DNA of 5,325 bases from contig JAGLRQ010000070.1 in NCBI GenBank assembly GCA_023136205.1, forward strand, positions 1 through 5,325, read 5' to 3'. The notes beneath the pieces were generated by a model. The model was given only the letters and a program-made list of their open reading frames with translations, did no database searches and was not told where the DNA came from. Positions 4,376 through 5,325 of this stretch are shown here, one piece after another; position 1 is the stretch's first letter; every line of letters starts with the position of its first letter. The position numbers were made by a program, and so were the translations under genes. The DNA is from Candidatus Auribacterota bacterium. Lineage in GTDB: Bacteria > Auribacterota > UBA6266.

Positions 4376-5325
4376 GCGCCGGTATATCTTGAAATAACGA
4401 AGAAAGCCGGCGAGAAGATTAAAGTAGCGGTACCGGGAACTCAGAAGACGGATGAAGGAAAACTGGCAAAAATAGTGGCTTCGGATTTAGAACTTTCAGG
4501 GTATGTAACCCTTGTCGATGAAGAATTTTCAAACGATACTTACGCGAATGACAGGGTTTTGGGAGAAATAAATTTTTCCGAATGGAGCAGGGCCGGCACG
4601 GAAATTCTTCTTACGCTGGACTCGAAAGTCAAAGGAGATAAACTTGACGCGGTTGTAAGGCTTTATGTAGCGGCAAAGGGCGAAAATATTTTCGCGAAGA
4701 AATATGCGGCTTCTTTTAAGCAGGGCAGGAGCCTTGCCCACGCTATTTCAGCCGATATACTGAAAACGCTAACGGGAGAAGAAGGAATATCTACGACAAA
4801 AATAGCGTTTGTTTCCAATAGAACCGGTGTAAAACAGATATATATTATGGATTATGACGGGTCAAACTGGAGAAGGATTAGTTCTGATAAGTGTCTTGAG
4901 CTTTCCCCGGGATGGGGCCCCCAGGGTGAAAAGTTGATTTATACATCTTATAGAAAGGGTTACCCTGATATTTATGTGCAGGATCTTTCAGCCGGAGCAA
5001 GAGTTCGTTTGTCGGCACGCGCCGGCCTCAATGCTTTCGGTGCCATTTCCCCCGACGGTGGAAGTATTGCTCTTGTCCTAAGCAAGGATGGAAACCCGGA
5101 ATTATACAGGATGTCTATGGATGGGAAAAAATTGACCAGGCTTACAAAAACGAGGGCTGTTGAGAATTCTCCGTGCTGGTCCCCGGATGGAAGAAAGATA
5201 GCTTTTGTTTCTGATAAGAGTGGGGGCCCCCAGATTTATGTTATAGAAGCATCCGGTGGGAAGACGGAAAGGATGACGCTTCAAGGATCTTATAATACGT
5301 CACCAAGCTGGTCGCCGGACGGCGA
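4307..5325 (+). CDS. tolB: TolB (periplasmic Tol-Pal beta-propeller protein); N-terminus present, 3' end runs off the right window edge
   Basis: The frame is open from ATG 4307 to the window end (339 codons plus 2 nt), so it is absent from the ORF track. Shine-Dalgarno GGGGG (4297-4301) precedes the start. An in-frame ATG at 4295 is a less likely alternative because it lacks a Shine-Dalgarno. The translation has a signal peptide, then a TolB_N-like domain (KIKVAVPG...IVASDLELSGYVTLVD...), then PD40 propeller repeats: KIAFVSNRTGVKQIYIMDYDGSN, ISPDGGSIALVLSKDGNPELYRMSMDG, CWSPDGRKIAFVSDKSGGPQIYVIEASGG and SWSPDG. By eye this is closely collinear with E. coli TolB (RIAYV...LRVSDYDG, AFSPDGSKLAF, SDQAGRPQVYKV). 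Confidence 0.94.
   Translation, partial: MSKNTVIFFTAMLTLTFSLQVFAAPVYLEITKKAGEKIKVAVPGTQKTDEGKLAKIVASDLELSGYVTLVDEEFSNDTYANDRVLGEINFSEWSRAGTEILLTLDSKVKGDKLDAVVRLYVAAKGENIFAKKYAASFKQGRSLAHAISADILKTLTGEEGISTTKIAFVSNRTGVKQIYIMDYDGSNWRRISSDKCLELSPGWGPQGEKLIYTSYRKGYPDIYVQDLSAGARVRLSARAGLNAFGAISPDGGSIALVLSKDGNPELYRMSMDGKKLTRLTKTRAVENSPCWSPDGRKIAFVSDKSGGPQIYVIEASGGKTERMTLQGSYNTSPSWSPDG

Noticed and set aside
4529-4741. 70-aa minus-strand ORF at 4529-4741 and 60-aa minus-strand ORF at 5102-5284, both inside tolB
   Set aside because: Both are antisense to the strongly supported TolB reading frame and have no motifs or RBS.
4914-5233. Identical GC-rich 11-mer GGGGCCCCCAG (containing the palindrome GGGGCCCC) at 4914-4924 and 5223-5233 inside AT-rich tolB
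   Set aside because: Both copies are in frame and encode Gly-Pro-Gln in loops of different propeller blades (SPGWGPQGEKL and SGGPQIYV; compare E. coli GRPQVY). Shared codon choice for a short conserved peptide explains the match without invoking a DNA-level element.

Overview
This is a 5.3-kb AT-rich bacterial chromosomal segment (about 40% GC by eye, not computed) from an organism with an outer membrane. Contents from left to right: (1) the 5' 223 codons of a classical short-chain dehydrogenase/reductase on the minus strand (1-669, running off the left edge). (2) A 216-aa membrane protein with an N-terminal Cys/His-rich B-box-like zinc-finger module fused to a four-helix DUF4013-like membrane domain (805-1455, +). 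(3) A convergent 189-aa stand-alone protein resembling the pyruvate kinase C-terminal alpha/beta domain (MTH1675/AF0103 type, function unknown; 1459-2028, -), whose stop lies 3 nt from the previous gene's stop. (4) A divergently transcribed Tol-Pal core: tolQ (2226-2927, non-ATG start), tolR (2945-3361), a short TolA/TonB-type energy transducer (3415-4092), a long 214-bp repeat-bearing spacer, and the first 339 codons of tolB (4307-5325, running off the right edge). I found no rRNA, tRNA, CRISPR array, transposase, integrase, terminal inverted repeats or recognisable defence genes. I also see no convincing evidence for a new multi-gene system; most of the window is envelope housekeeping. The items most worth follow-up are the zinc-finger/DUF4013 fusion protein, the uncharacterised PK_C-like protein, a leaderless-type promoter directly abutting the SDR start codon, and the cytosine-free GGATT(T)-repeat spacer between tolA and tolB. 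All family assignments come from reading motifs in the translations, not from database searches.
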